A stretch of DNA of 64,000 nt, taken from positions 1,922,001 through 1,986,000 of the forward strand of contig OZ374557.1 in NCBI GenBank assembly GCA_977862235.1, in the 5' to 3' direction. Within the stretch, counting starts at the first letter, position 1. Each line of letters begins with the position of its first letter. Positions 1 through 11,020 of this stretch are shown piece after piece. The position numbers and the translations under genes are program-made. Source of the stretch: Dudresnaya verticillata. Its lineage: Eukaryota. Below the pieces are notes generated by a model that was not told the origin of the DNA, did no database searches, and saw nothing but the letters and a program-made list of their open reading frames with translations.

Positions 1-41
1 ATCTCGTCCATGTGACTATAATCCTCGAGGGGTTCGATATC

Positions 42-2588
42 TCACGCCTCTAGGGGCTCTATTTTGGTGGGTCTATCCGTGAACACCATTGTCCCCGCTG
101 AAGGCATTCGGTCTGGACCGTCTTCCTCCTCGACTATGAAGCAAGGTATCTCGAGATCCGGCTCCTTGTGGGTATGTCCCCATGTCGGGAGGCGTGACAC
201 CGCGGCCGCAATCTGGTTCTTACGCCCCGTCCGGTATTGGACCGTAAATTCATATTCCAAAAGGCGAAGCCTCCATCTCGCCAGGCGTCCTGACGCGTCA
301 GACATACTCATGATCCAGCGTAACGCTTGATGATCCGTGAAAAGATCGAAGTGAGACCGCTCCAAATAGGGTCGCAATATCTGTACTGCCCATACGACGG
401 CGAGACACTCTTTCTCTCCGACTGAGTAGTTCTTCTCAGCTTTCGTTAGCGAACGGCTCCAGAAACCAATAGGGTGCCGATCACCATTCTCATCGGTCTG
501 CATCAGGTCACAGCCCAATTGATAGTCGCACGCGTCGGTGTCGACCGATAATTGACGTCCCACTTGCGGCAGTTGGAGTATGGGCGGAGCCCTGAGTGCT
601 TTCTTCAGAAGCGAGAAGGAATCTCTTTGTTCCTCGTTGAACGTTGGGAGGTTGAAATCTACTGTCTTCTGCGGTAATGCGTTAAGCGGCGCAGCGACTC
701 TCGCAAAGTTCGGCACGAACCGTCTATAAACGTTGCACAAGCCAAAGAAAGAGCGTAGCTGCGTTTGCGTCTTTGGTTCCCTAAACCCGCCGATGGCTTG
801 TGTGTTCTTTCAGGCGACCTCCAGGAGGCCAGGGCGGACCACGTGTCCCAGGTAATCAACGCTCTTCGCGAAGAAGTTACATTTCTTCAACTTCAGCGAT
901 ACTCCTGCGTTCTGGAGCACCTCCAGGATTTCCTTTACGTGAGCAAGGTGCTCTTTGACGCTTTTGGAGAAGATGATGATATCATCCAGATATACCAAGC
1001 AAGACTTCCGTCTGAATCCAGACAGGAGAATGCCGACCGTTCGCTGGAACGTGGCTGGTGCATTACATTGCCCAAAGGGCATGTGGCAAAATTGGAAGCA
1101 TCCATCGTGACAAGTGAACGCCGTCTTCGACTGGTCTTCCTTGGCGACCGGTATCTGCCAGTAGGCAGAATTACAATCAAGCGTTGTGAAGAATTGGGCA
1201 TCTCCCAGAGAGTCCAGACACTCGTCCATACGAGGTGAAGGATAGAAATCCTTGATCGTTACTGCATTAAGCTTTCGATAGTCGACGCAAAGGAGCCATC
1301 AGGCTTATTGACCAGCACGACTGGGCTCGCGAATTCCGACCGTGCGGGTTGTATGACCCCTGCTTCCAACATCTTGGTTACTTCCGCTTGTTCAGCTTGT
1401 CGAGCTTTGGGACCTGCCCTGTAGGGTTGTGAGAAGACAGGTTTCGTCCCTGGCTTAAGCTCGATACGGTGCTCCGTGACTTTGATTGTCCCGAGTTTAC
1501 CACTCCACATTTCCGAGAATAGCCGGAGCATCTTGCGTACTCGACGCTGATCCTTGGGTTCCAGGTGTGAAAGGTTTAGGTCTTCGACCGTTATGTTGGC
1601 GACGGAGGCCTTAATGCCTGGTTTTGGATCCGTATCCGGAGAAAAGGCAGCAGCAAGCCCTGCCCCCCCACATCGAACGACGGCTCGTCGGATTTGTGAG
1701 GAGCAGATGGGGCTTCCTCGAAGGACAGAGCGTAAACTGGAGTTGTGGAAGGAGCCGGAATGGCGTGTCCAATCTTCTGGCGTTTGGCCAGTCGCTTCGG
1801 GCCTCGAGAGAAATTGGCGACCTTGACCCGGAACGGCCGGTTAGGTTGCACATCGATGATGCCATTTGTGGTAACCATACCCTGGCGGTCGTAGAGCCGC
1901 TGGAATGACTCCATGAAGTGCAAACCTCGCGCCGGGCACGTGACCGTGGCCCAGGCTTCGGACGCCGCGGGTATAACAACCGAATGTGCCACGCGCAGGT
2001 GTCGCGGTTCGGGAGGACCTGTGGGGACATCTGGTGATTCCTCGGGGCGCGAAGCGCGAGTATAAGTCCGCATCGTCGGCGTAATATCGGGTGTATGGAC
2101 CCATCACACAAGACGGCGCGTTGGCGCTTGATTCTTAACTTATCGATATGGTGGTCGATGAAGGTACAACCCAGGATCAAATCCACGGCGAGTGCTTGGA
2201 CGACAATGAAAGGTTGTTGGACCGTGTAGGTTCCGATTCGAATGTACAGGGAGATAGTCCCTAAGGTAGTTATTTTGTGCCGTGAGGCGGAAGTTAGATT
2301 CACGATGGACCGGCCAGAAGCGATCTTCTTTTGATCCTCCGAGGAAAGGGCACCAGCTCGTATGAGGTTGGGGCCTGCCCCTGTATCCAGGACCGAAAGG
2401 ACGCGAGAGAGTTCGTCAAGAGATGTCCCAATGGACGCTGCCACTTTGTAGTTATATCGCGACAGCGCGCATATGGGATCCTTACAATACTCATCAAAAG
2501 TGCGTCCTCGAGGAAGCCCTAGAGGGCGAGGTAAGATCTTCCTTGGGAGGCGGTTTGCGTCGGATTCTGGTTCCGGCCGATCCGCCAA
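42..2588 (-). pseudogene. pol: pol of element A: aspartic protease, RT, RNase H (fragmented)
   Basis: ORFs 1611-2588 (DTG protease), 1591-2073, 1259-1531, 810-1229 (LDCNSAYWQ...MPFG...YLDD) and 42-740 (RNase H). Confidence 0.93.
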
Positions 2589-2681
2589 TGACGGGGACGG
2601 GTGGCCGTCCTCGCTCGATCGGTCGGGGGACCGGGTCCCATAGCAAGAGCTGCGGTTCGACGGGGTCCAAGGTCCCCCAGT

Positions 2682-5448
2682 CTAGTTTTTCGGCACACGG
2701 CCATGTCTTGCTGGTGGGGATGCCGGTAAGGGCGGAGGAGGTGGGAACGGTCTGCCACTCGGGCGAGGAGAGCGGGGGTTACTCCGCGGCCTATCCACAG
2801 GATGGTTGAGCGCGTCGGCGAACTGCACCTGGGGAATTGCCGGTCGGGGTGCCCCCCTGTTCTCCGGGTTCGTGCTGGCCGTGCCCTCGTTGAAATGTCG
2901 GCGTGAATTCTGAGGACCTGGATCCGAGGGACTCATCTCATTCGCGAATGATGGCGAACGGCCCGCGATGGACAGCCATTCCCGTTGCTCCCTGGAGAGT
3001 TGGGCGTAGTGGTTACGTAGTATCTGTGAGAAGCCACGCTCGTCTGGTCGTGCCAGATATGGGCAATTGGGCTTTTTATGCCCGATACCCAGACATTCGA
3101 AGCAGATGTCATTCGGCCTATCCTCCACCACTAGCCAGCCGGGACGCTGTGTGCGAGATGGTTGGGCCCACGAGGGAAGCCTCGGATTCTGGTTGGATAG
3201 TACCGCACTGACGGAGTCATAATAGCTGTCCGTAGCGTCAGACGGGGCTGTGGACCAGCCTCCCGAAGTTGTTACGGACGAATCCGGCGCTTGGCTGTCG
3301 ATGGCCGCCACCACGGCGTCCTCAGAATCGGAGTTAGTCCTTGTAGAGCCACCACCGTCACTTGACGCGACCTCAGTGTTGGGACGTCCCTGCCTGACCA
3401 GCAGCACCCGGCCGGCCTTCTTGGATTTAACGGAGGACTTTCGTCGCAACAGTGAAGTACCAGAGACACGCTCTCAACGACCAGCGCCCATGAGGGCCCG
3501 GTGTGAGTCACCTTGGACAGTAGCCAGTTCCACATAGTCGGCAAGCCTTGCCGTTCGTGGGTCCAAACCCGAATTACTCAGTAACGGCTTTGTGGCCGGC
3601 AAGAGTCCACGGATGAACCGGGTAATCCAATCCTGCTCTGTATACACACCCGCGACCTTTCGAGCCTTATTCTGGAGGCGTCGTGAGAAGGTCACCTCGT
3701 CCTCATCCTCGGCTTGTGCCATACGGTCCATTTCCGAGGCTATCCTCTCGATGTACACATCCTTCGCATATGTGCGTAGGAGGTAATTGACGGCCTCGGG
3801 CCACTCGGAGAATCCTCCATTACCATCCCCGGCCACGTCGAAGTTGGCTTCGAACATGTCTCGCGCATCCTTATCCAGGAACTCGGGAAGCACAAGTATT
3901 GCTGCTCCTTCGCTTATCCTGGCTTGGTCCAGTTGGCGTTTCAAAGCGGCTAAGAAGCCAATGATCGCAACTGGTTCGCTTCCGTCGAACTTGCGACTCT
4001 TCATTACGGACTTGATCCTCTTGATCTTTTTCGACGTGTCCTCCGTGACTTCTGGACCCCTGTATTGGTCCAGGTGGAACAGACGATAGCATCGATAAGA
4101 GAAACCCTGAATGAAACCGGTTCTGCGGAGCAAGCTCCTTAACGTCCGAGCGTCTAGGTCCTCGCCAAGAGGGGCGCGATGAACTCCTCGATGGGGAACT
4201 ATCCTTTTCGGAGTACTGCGGCTGACGCCGCTGCGCCGACCGATGTGGTTCATCCCGGTTTCGACGGGATTCAGCCCCTTGGCCAGTACGGCAGGTCCTG
4301 CAACCTGAATGCGCAGCGCGCGGATTGTCAACGTCCGAATGGTTGTGTACCGATTCCTCATCGGACTCTCGCCTAGGCGAATGACGTCGTCGGTCTCGAG
4401 TCCCTTTTGGCACTGGGCTCCGGCGTCGCTCCACTTCAGGAGATAAGTTCTTCTCAAGAAGGCATAACTGGAGACGAGTCTCGATTATGTTGACCCGACG
4501 CCGTTCGTCGTCTAGCTCCTTCCTTAAGAGCGCAATAGCTCGGTCCTGTTCTACGCAAGTGGCGTCATTCCCATCGAGACGAAGGGTCCGAACTGCTTCG
4601 GATGCTTCTTCCCATGAGAGGTCCACTACTCGAGTGAGGGACTCAAAATCTCCGTGGATCGTTTCCATCCGCTCCACGAGCGATTCTATCCTCGCGTCGA
4701 GGGATTCCATTTCATCCGCCACTCTCTGTCCTGTATCGGAGTGGCGGATGCGGCCTGTCATTTCCTCTTGACACAAGGTCAGTATCCGCTCATCTCGGCG
4801 AGCGTCTGACTCATCAATGTAGCGTTTTACACGCGTGAGTGTTTCATCAGCCTGTGCTGTGGCAAGCGGCCTAATCTGGGTCGCCAAGAGGTGACCAACA
4901 CCATCAGCGACCATTCGGTGAATCTCCGATTCCGTAAAGCATCGGACATCCTCCGAATTGGTATTCGTTCGGGTCGGCTGCCCATATCCAGGCGCCGAGT
5001 CGACCTCTGTCGGTGCCGCGTAATCGGTCGATCGTCCACTGGGGAGTCGCCCTGATTGAGGCATCACTTCTGGGCCCTGGTCCTCATTCCAGTCCACTTG
5101 TGTGGATGCTTGCGGTTCTGACCGGGTCATTTTTCCTTCTAACGAGGCCGAATCCCTTCCAGGGTTCGGCATTAAACCAGCAGTAGTCCCGGGAACAAGG
5201 TCGGGCCTAGAATGTCCAACCAATGGCGGTCGTTCGCGGTTCGATCTTGGTTCGGGACCGTCTTCGTCGGGGGCGTCGCCGTTGAATTGGCGCTGCCCCA
5301 ATCGTCCGTCCGAAGGGCTGCGCCTTAGCGCGGCAGCCCCCGAACGGGTGGTAACGCCCGAAATACGGACTGAGGAAAGACTTCTGGCACGACTGCCACC
5401 ACGGCCGATGAGGTTCGGCCTGGCTGTATCGCCATTCGATGTCGGCAT
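2682..5448 (-). pseudogene. gag: gag of element A (frameshifted)
   Basis: ORFs 3871-5448, 3474-4457 (capsid-like FDGSEPVAIIGFL...YLLRTYA) and 2682-3449 (zinc knuckle). Clearly homologous to the gag of D at 47405-50202. Confidence 0.85.
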
Positions 5449-6018
5449 CCTTCCGATAGTAGGGGACTAATAACCCGTCCCAAAATAGGTAATAATTCCG
5501 GAAGAACCGGTGGGTCGATGGGACTTTTTCCCGATGCGCCAACCGGCGTTCCGTACATGGTTCTTGCACGAGACGATGCTTCGAAGGGGAGTCCTTTCCA
5601 GCTTGAGCACGGTGCTCGTACGTAAGCCTTGGTAGACTTCAGGGCTACCAGCGATTTCTCCAAGAGGACTCTCCAACTTGTGCGCTGGCACGGCCTGTAC
5701 AAAGGGACGGTGTTTTACCAGGATGCACCGATAACCTGTCGAAGCAGTCTTGAGGGGGGCGTCAGTCACGCCCTCAACGGCAACTTCTAAATGGCCACTA
5801 GGGCCGGTTGTAATTCCAAGAATAAACGTGCTCGCCACTGATTGGACGCTACTCAGCGGCTTGAGATGGAGCGTAGAAACCGTCAACAATCCTGACTGTG
5901 GTTTCAACGCCGGTTGGCCGGGAAACTCGTCCTTAACACGACACAACGTCTTGAGTCTTGTACTCGTTGAGTTAACCAACCAGGGTTGAGGAAAAAAGGG
6001 GAAACCAACCCAGAACAG

Positions 6019-6036
6019 TTCTAGGTCGGGAGACTA
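6019..6036 (-). promoter_or_regulatory. Primer binding site of element A (TAGTCTCCCGACCTAGAA; TGG mutated to TAG)
   Basis: Lies 1 nt inside the LTR end and matches the PBS of B, C, E and G. Confidence 0.85.
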
Positions 6037-6037
6037 A

Positions 6038-6637
6038 TGTAGCACAACGGGTCCAGCCCAGGAAGAGAAAAAAGAACAAAGGACACCAGTCCGGAACCGT
6101 CGTGCTCACGGGTAGCTCGGGTGTGGTAGAGGCTTGGTAGAATGGCGCTAGGCCAGGAAAAAGGAAAAGGGAAAGGGGGACGCGACCCGGTATTCCGCAG
6201 GGAACCTGCCGTACGGTGACGAGCCTGTAGTTGGCGTCCAAAAAAGGGAACGGGAAGCACCCGGAATCCAGAAAATGGTCAAGACCGAGAAACGCCTCGT
6301 GGGCTTCAATCAGGGGTGCCCTGCTATTCAGGGGACCAATAAATAGGGCTTGTGCCCGTGCTAATACTAACTACTACAGTGTACTGTACACGAATTACAT
6401 TAAGCAATGGGAGGCGGATCTACGCCCCTGTGGCGGCGTATAATCGGGAAATATCCCAGCGCCGCACCAATGATCAGGCGCCAATTGCGTGTCTGAGGCG
6501 CAGATGATTTCGCGCTTGGCGCCAATCACGTGTCGCATCATGGCGCAGCCCAGCAATGACAGCTTCTTACAGGGCATTGGCCCGTTACGACTTACAGCGT
6601 CGAAGGCCCATTTGGCGCAAATCGCCGTTGTGCCACA
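6038..6637 (-). repeat. 5' LTR of element A (600 bp)
   Basis: TG...CA ends with a 13-bp terminal inverted repeat (TGTAGCACAACGG / CCGTTGTGCCACA, 1 mismatch). Adjacent to the PBS. Confidence 0.8.
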
Positions 6638-6813
6638 GTAGAGCAGTTCGTCGTAGACTACGGGGCTTGTAGACGCCCAAGGGGGTTTGTAGCGGTAGCA
6701 CCGCAAGTATCCAAAAAGGAGAAAACCCAAGACACAGACCGCTACCGGTTTAGTGCCGGGCTCCTGCTACTCAGGGGCCCTATAAATACGGCGAGAGCCG
6801 AAAAGGTGTTACT
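6638..6813 (-). repeat. LTR fragment X of another family, interrupted on both sides
   Basis: Starts with GTAGAGC, the reverse complement of the U5 motif shared by the LTRs in this window, and has a similar purine/pyrimidine skew. Bounded by two other LTR ends. Confidence 0.45.
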
Positions 6814-7611
6814 TGTGGTACAAGAACCCGGGGGAAAGCCCCGTTTTATATCGCTACACCCGCTCGCGCGGTGAGTGGAGGACAGTACACGCGGGTCGCC
6901 CGCGACTATAGCCTACGCCGATAACCGGCAGCTTGGATGGGCCTGCGCGCGGATGCCGCGCGTGCAAGATCCGGCCAATGGGCAACGCGCCCTTGGCACG
7001 GTCTGCGCGCACATGCAGCACGCGCCAACAGCACACACGGGCGACACGAACCCACGTGTACACGTGTATATGCGCGCCACATATATCCGAGGGAGTCCTC
7101 GACCGGGTCCGCGCCAGCAATGCGCATCCTTAGATTACACTGATTTACAGTGCGGTGCCAGTATTTCTACGCTAGGTATTTTTTGTGCGATATTTTAGTG
7201 AGCTCGCGGTACGTGCGCATGCCAAGTGTCAACCGCACGGCGCCACACACGCGCACGCATCTCCCGCGGGGGATACTTAGTGTACGGGGTGATCCCCTCT
7301 CACAGTAAAGCGCCAAGCTGGCTTTGGGACCTGAGGATACCCCCAACTTCGCTCGCGGTGACAACACCGTGTGTGACCTGGGTCTACGTACCCTGTTCCA
7401 TTGCTTGTCTTCACGACATTCGCCGACGCAACCGCCATTACCGTTCTACGTGCGCTACAGAACTCCTATGTGGGCCGGGGGTTTACAGTCGACCCCGTCC
7501 AGGTTTCAACTATCCGGGGCACACCCCGTGTCCCTAGCTCTACCCCCATCCGGCGTCGGCCTCACCGCTGTCGCCTGCTACCAACCCGTGGGAGGACCAC
7601 TCGGACTCTGG
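6814..7611 (+). repeat. Partial LTR Y, truncated by element B
   Basis: Begins TGTGGTACAA and contains the shared U5 motifs TTTACAGTC (7482) and GCTCTACC (7537). Confidence 0.6.
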
Positions 7612-8286
7612 TGTGGTGATGCGGCCATTGTGGAGTGCCGACGACGGTTGAGCCGACTCGCGACCGGCGCACCGGTGAGCTGGCGCCAAACACCGAACGG
7701 GAGTGCAGCGACACAGTAGCACTGTACGCCTTGCTGGAGTCTGCGCGCACCACCAATAGGAGCCAAGTAGTTGATTTATTTTTAATTAGGTAATTGTAAT
7801 GATGCTGTACAGTACGTAGTGTCAGCCGGCCAATGAGAATGCCGAGCATGTCCGCAACGGTGACCGGGACCAGTAGGGCCGGACCCACCTGGTGGACCAG
7901 ACCCATTGGGGTCTGGCCCACACGGACCGGACCGCGGGGCGTATCTCCAAGTATATTAATGGGTGGCCACCGCGAGTCCTACAGTAAACAGGTACGCAAC
8001 CCTGGGCAAAGTGACTTACCCTAAGCCCTACCCTCATACTCCTTTACGGTTTCCCCTCGCCAGCCCCGTGCACGGATTCCTCTTACCTCCGTCCCGGTGT
8101 AGCTGTCCTGGCACTGTACCGTCCCCCTTGTCTGTTGCGTCCCTTTACTCCTTACAGGTATTGCCGCTCGAGGTACTCCCTTCGGTCTACGAACTAAGCT
8201 CTACCACCCCGGTGCCGTGTGAGATCACTCCTTATTGGGATTGCCTGATCAGCTCTCCTTACAGGTGTGCCTTTCACTTCACCACA
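7612..8286 (+). repeat. 5' LTR of element B
   Basis: Direct repeat of 18679-19353 (offset 11067, about 19 mismatches counted by eye). Ends TGTGGTGA...TCACCACA. Confidence 0.96.
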
Positions 8287-8292
8287 TCTTTT

Positions 8293-8310
8293 TGGTCTCC
8301 CGACCTAGAA
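8293..8310 (+). promoter_or_regulatory. PBS of element B (TGGTCTCCCGACCTAGAA)
   Basis: TGG-starting 18-mer 6 nt after the LTR end. Confidence 0.9.
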
Positions 8311-8450
8311 GACCGTCAAGGTAGAAGAATCTCCGTTGGACTCCGCTTCGGTAGGAGGTCAGCTTCGTGACAACTCCGTATTGGTGTAAAGGCAGGACAA
8401 GGCAAAACACTCGTTGACTCCATTTTGGTAACCTAAGAATAGAAGAACAC

Positions 8451-11020
8451 ATGGACCCTACCGCATCGGATCAAGGTGAGGTGCCGTCAACCGCGAGATC
8501 ACGCCGCGGTGACGATAACACCGTCCCGGAGGTGCCCTCTACTGCGAGAACACGCCGCAGTGAGCCCACCGAACCGGAGGTAGCCTCAGCCACGAGAACA
8601 CGCCGTGGCGATGCTGCCGACCTGAACCCCGGTATGGAGAACCCCGAAGAACTCCTTAAAGGTGTAACCAGTAAGCTTGCTAGATCCCGACCTGGTTCAG
8701 ACACTTCCCGAAAGGGTGTATCCGAGCCAGGTGACTCCAATCGTGTCCATTGGATACTTTCTGAGGTCATCCCACGGGTATTGGAGCATCTCCGTATAGA
8801 GGTGCAACCCAACATGGTCAAGGAGGTTGAGACCACGCTCGCCGACACCGTTCCGGTTATTGTTAGCTCCTACCTGGAGAAACACCTTTCGGAGTTGGTA
8901 CAGACGCTCATCCGTCAGGAGCGTCAGGCGTCGGAGATCGAGCAGATGCTCATCCCCAGACAACCCCTACCGGGACCCAAGGAGCAGCCCTTTTTTGGAC
9001 CTACACCGATACGGAATAACTTCCCGGTCAAGGGAGAAACGAAGTATATGCCAGAAATCCCCACTCAGGTGTTTCCGCCCGATCCAGTAAGGGCAGCGGC
9101 AGCCCCTGGGTTACCTACCCAAACTCAATACACCGAATTGGATCCAACACACCAACCCCAACCGAATCGGAGTACGGTCCCTGGACCCGGAGAAGTGCCT
9201 GCGGGGGAACGTATCACCGTGCCGGTGGCTTCGCGTGGAGGCAGTGAGCACTCCGATGGTGACTCCAAGAAAACCAAGACCGGAGTGGTAGAGACAGTGC
9301 TGACAGAAAGGCCAAGGACTCCCACTCCGATAAGGAACGTGACCGTTTGCAACGGAGCAAACGGGCTTCGCGACGGGACAAAGAACACTCCGGTACGGAA
9401 TCTGATGATAGCCAACACCGCAATAGGAAGAATAATAAGCGCAAGTCGCGCCATAGGCGCCGAAAAGGGCATGACTCCTCCCATTACTCCGGCTCTGATA
9501 CGAGCTACTCTGATACGGATAGGGACGAGCGGCGTCGGGCCAGAAAACACGACGCTAAACACCGAGAGGTCGACAGGCCACTCCCAAAGGTGTTCCGGCC
9601 CCTGAACGACAGGTTCGTGAAGGCGCTGGATTTCCGAACATACCGACTGGAGAAAAAGAGTTCGTACTACAGCTCTAGCTTGTCCCAGAATATGGGACGT
9701 ATCCGCAAAAAGCTGGAGGTGCAAATGAAGTCCCACTCCTTTAATGGTACAGACCCCATCACGGTCCTTGGATTTCTCGCGAAGTTCAAGGATACGTGTA
9801 ACATCAACTCCATTTCGGAAGGAACCGCACTGTGGTGTTTCCAGTTTTTCTTGAATGGACAGGCTGAAGCTTTGCTTCAGGCCCGTCTCGTTGGTGGCAC
9901 CATGGCGGTCGACGAGGAGCAAGCAGATATGCTTCGCACCTATGCCGAAGTGGTGAACCTTTTGCTAAGGACTTATGCTACCGATGAGGTGATTGCTGAA
10001 GGGTATTCGGACGTAACGTCGTTTAGACAAACGTCTGCCTTAACGGAAGAGCAATTCTCCAACCAACTTTGGACTAAGGCACTCCGATGCGGTACAGTAT
10101 TCTCCGACAGGTCCCTCAAGTCGCTGTTCGGGAACGTGTCAGCAGATGCGCAATTATCTGGCAACACACCCCCATATGGATTACCAAGCCATCACCCGCT
10201 ACGCTAAAGGGCTTGGAGAATCCCATCGGGCAACCAGACGCCAAACCTCAGGGGTGCACGTCTTCGATGGAAAACCTAAGAGTCAGTCACGACGTTCTGG
10301 CGTTCTGTCGATTGGTTCTCCATCGGAGTACACCTACTCGGAGTATCCCGCTGAATCGGAGGATCATGTGCTCGCCCTGGAAGGTGGCGCGGGTCGAAGC
10401 GCCGGCACCTCGTCGGGGGTTACGTTTACTACAGTGTACTCTTCCCCACCGAGTAGTGTCTACCCTACTCCGCCTCGGACTCCCACCTTTCGCCTACCAG
10501 CGCCACGGATGCCACCACCCCGTCAACCCCGCTACGGACCGGCTGATAGCCGCTACGGCCCCGCCACACACCGCCAGGGGACCACCGGGCAGCATCCCAG
10601 CCATATTGGACACCCCCACGGCGACACGCCTCCCCGTCAAGGGCAGGGCGAACACCGTATTGGAAAACAATCCCCTGTCGCAGAGCATACGGATCACACC
10701 TCACCGGATGTCAGACGCCTCTATGGAAGCGGCTACTGTTGCTTTGCCTCTCCCCGGACCATGTAATTTGTCCGTATCTGAGCGACATCGAAAGGGGTCC
10801 CCTGATGGAAGAGCGCGAGCGCAACTATCAAGCGATCCTCCTCAAGCGGCAGGCCTTCGCCAACTCCAATACGGGAAGTCGTCCGCCAGGTAAGTACCAG
10901 CAACGCCCAGCTCGGGTGCTGACTGTCGATGGTGGTGCGGTTGGCGAGCCCCCAGCTCAAATGGTGGAGGAGGCACTCATGGTGCACCCCGACTCGGAAA
11001 ACGTCGCAGGAGACGTGTAA
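8451..11020 (+). pseudogene. gag: gag of element B (frameshifted)
   Basis: ORFs 8451-9605, 9347-10207 (FNGTDPITVLGFL...LLRTYATDE), 10146-10766 and 10739-11020. Short N-terminal repeats of the type EVPSTAR(S/T)RR. Confidence 0.87.

Larger units (their letters stand above)
1..6637 (-). mobile_element. Ty3/Gypsy LTR retrotransposon A (5' part; continues beyond the left edge of the window), degenerate
   Basis: On the minus strand the order is LTR, PBS, gag (CCHC knuckle CFECLGIGHKKPNC), protease (VLDTGAGPN), RT (YLDD) and RNase H (DTDAC, EKECLAV). Multiple stops and frameshifts. Confidence 0.93.

Noticed and set aside
5467..5979. 170-codon ORF in the leader of element A
   Set aside because: It has a non-ATG start, no motif and no homolog visible in the window, so it cannot be supported as a gene.
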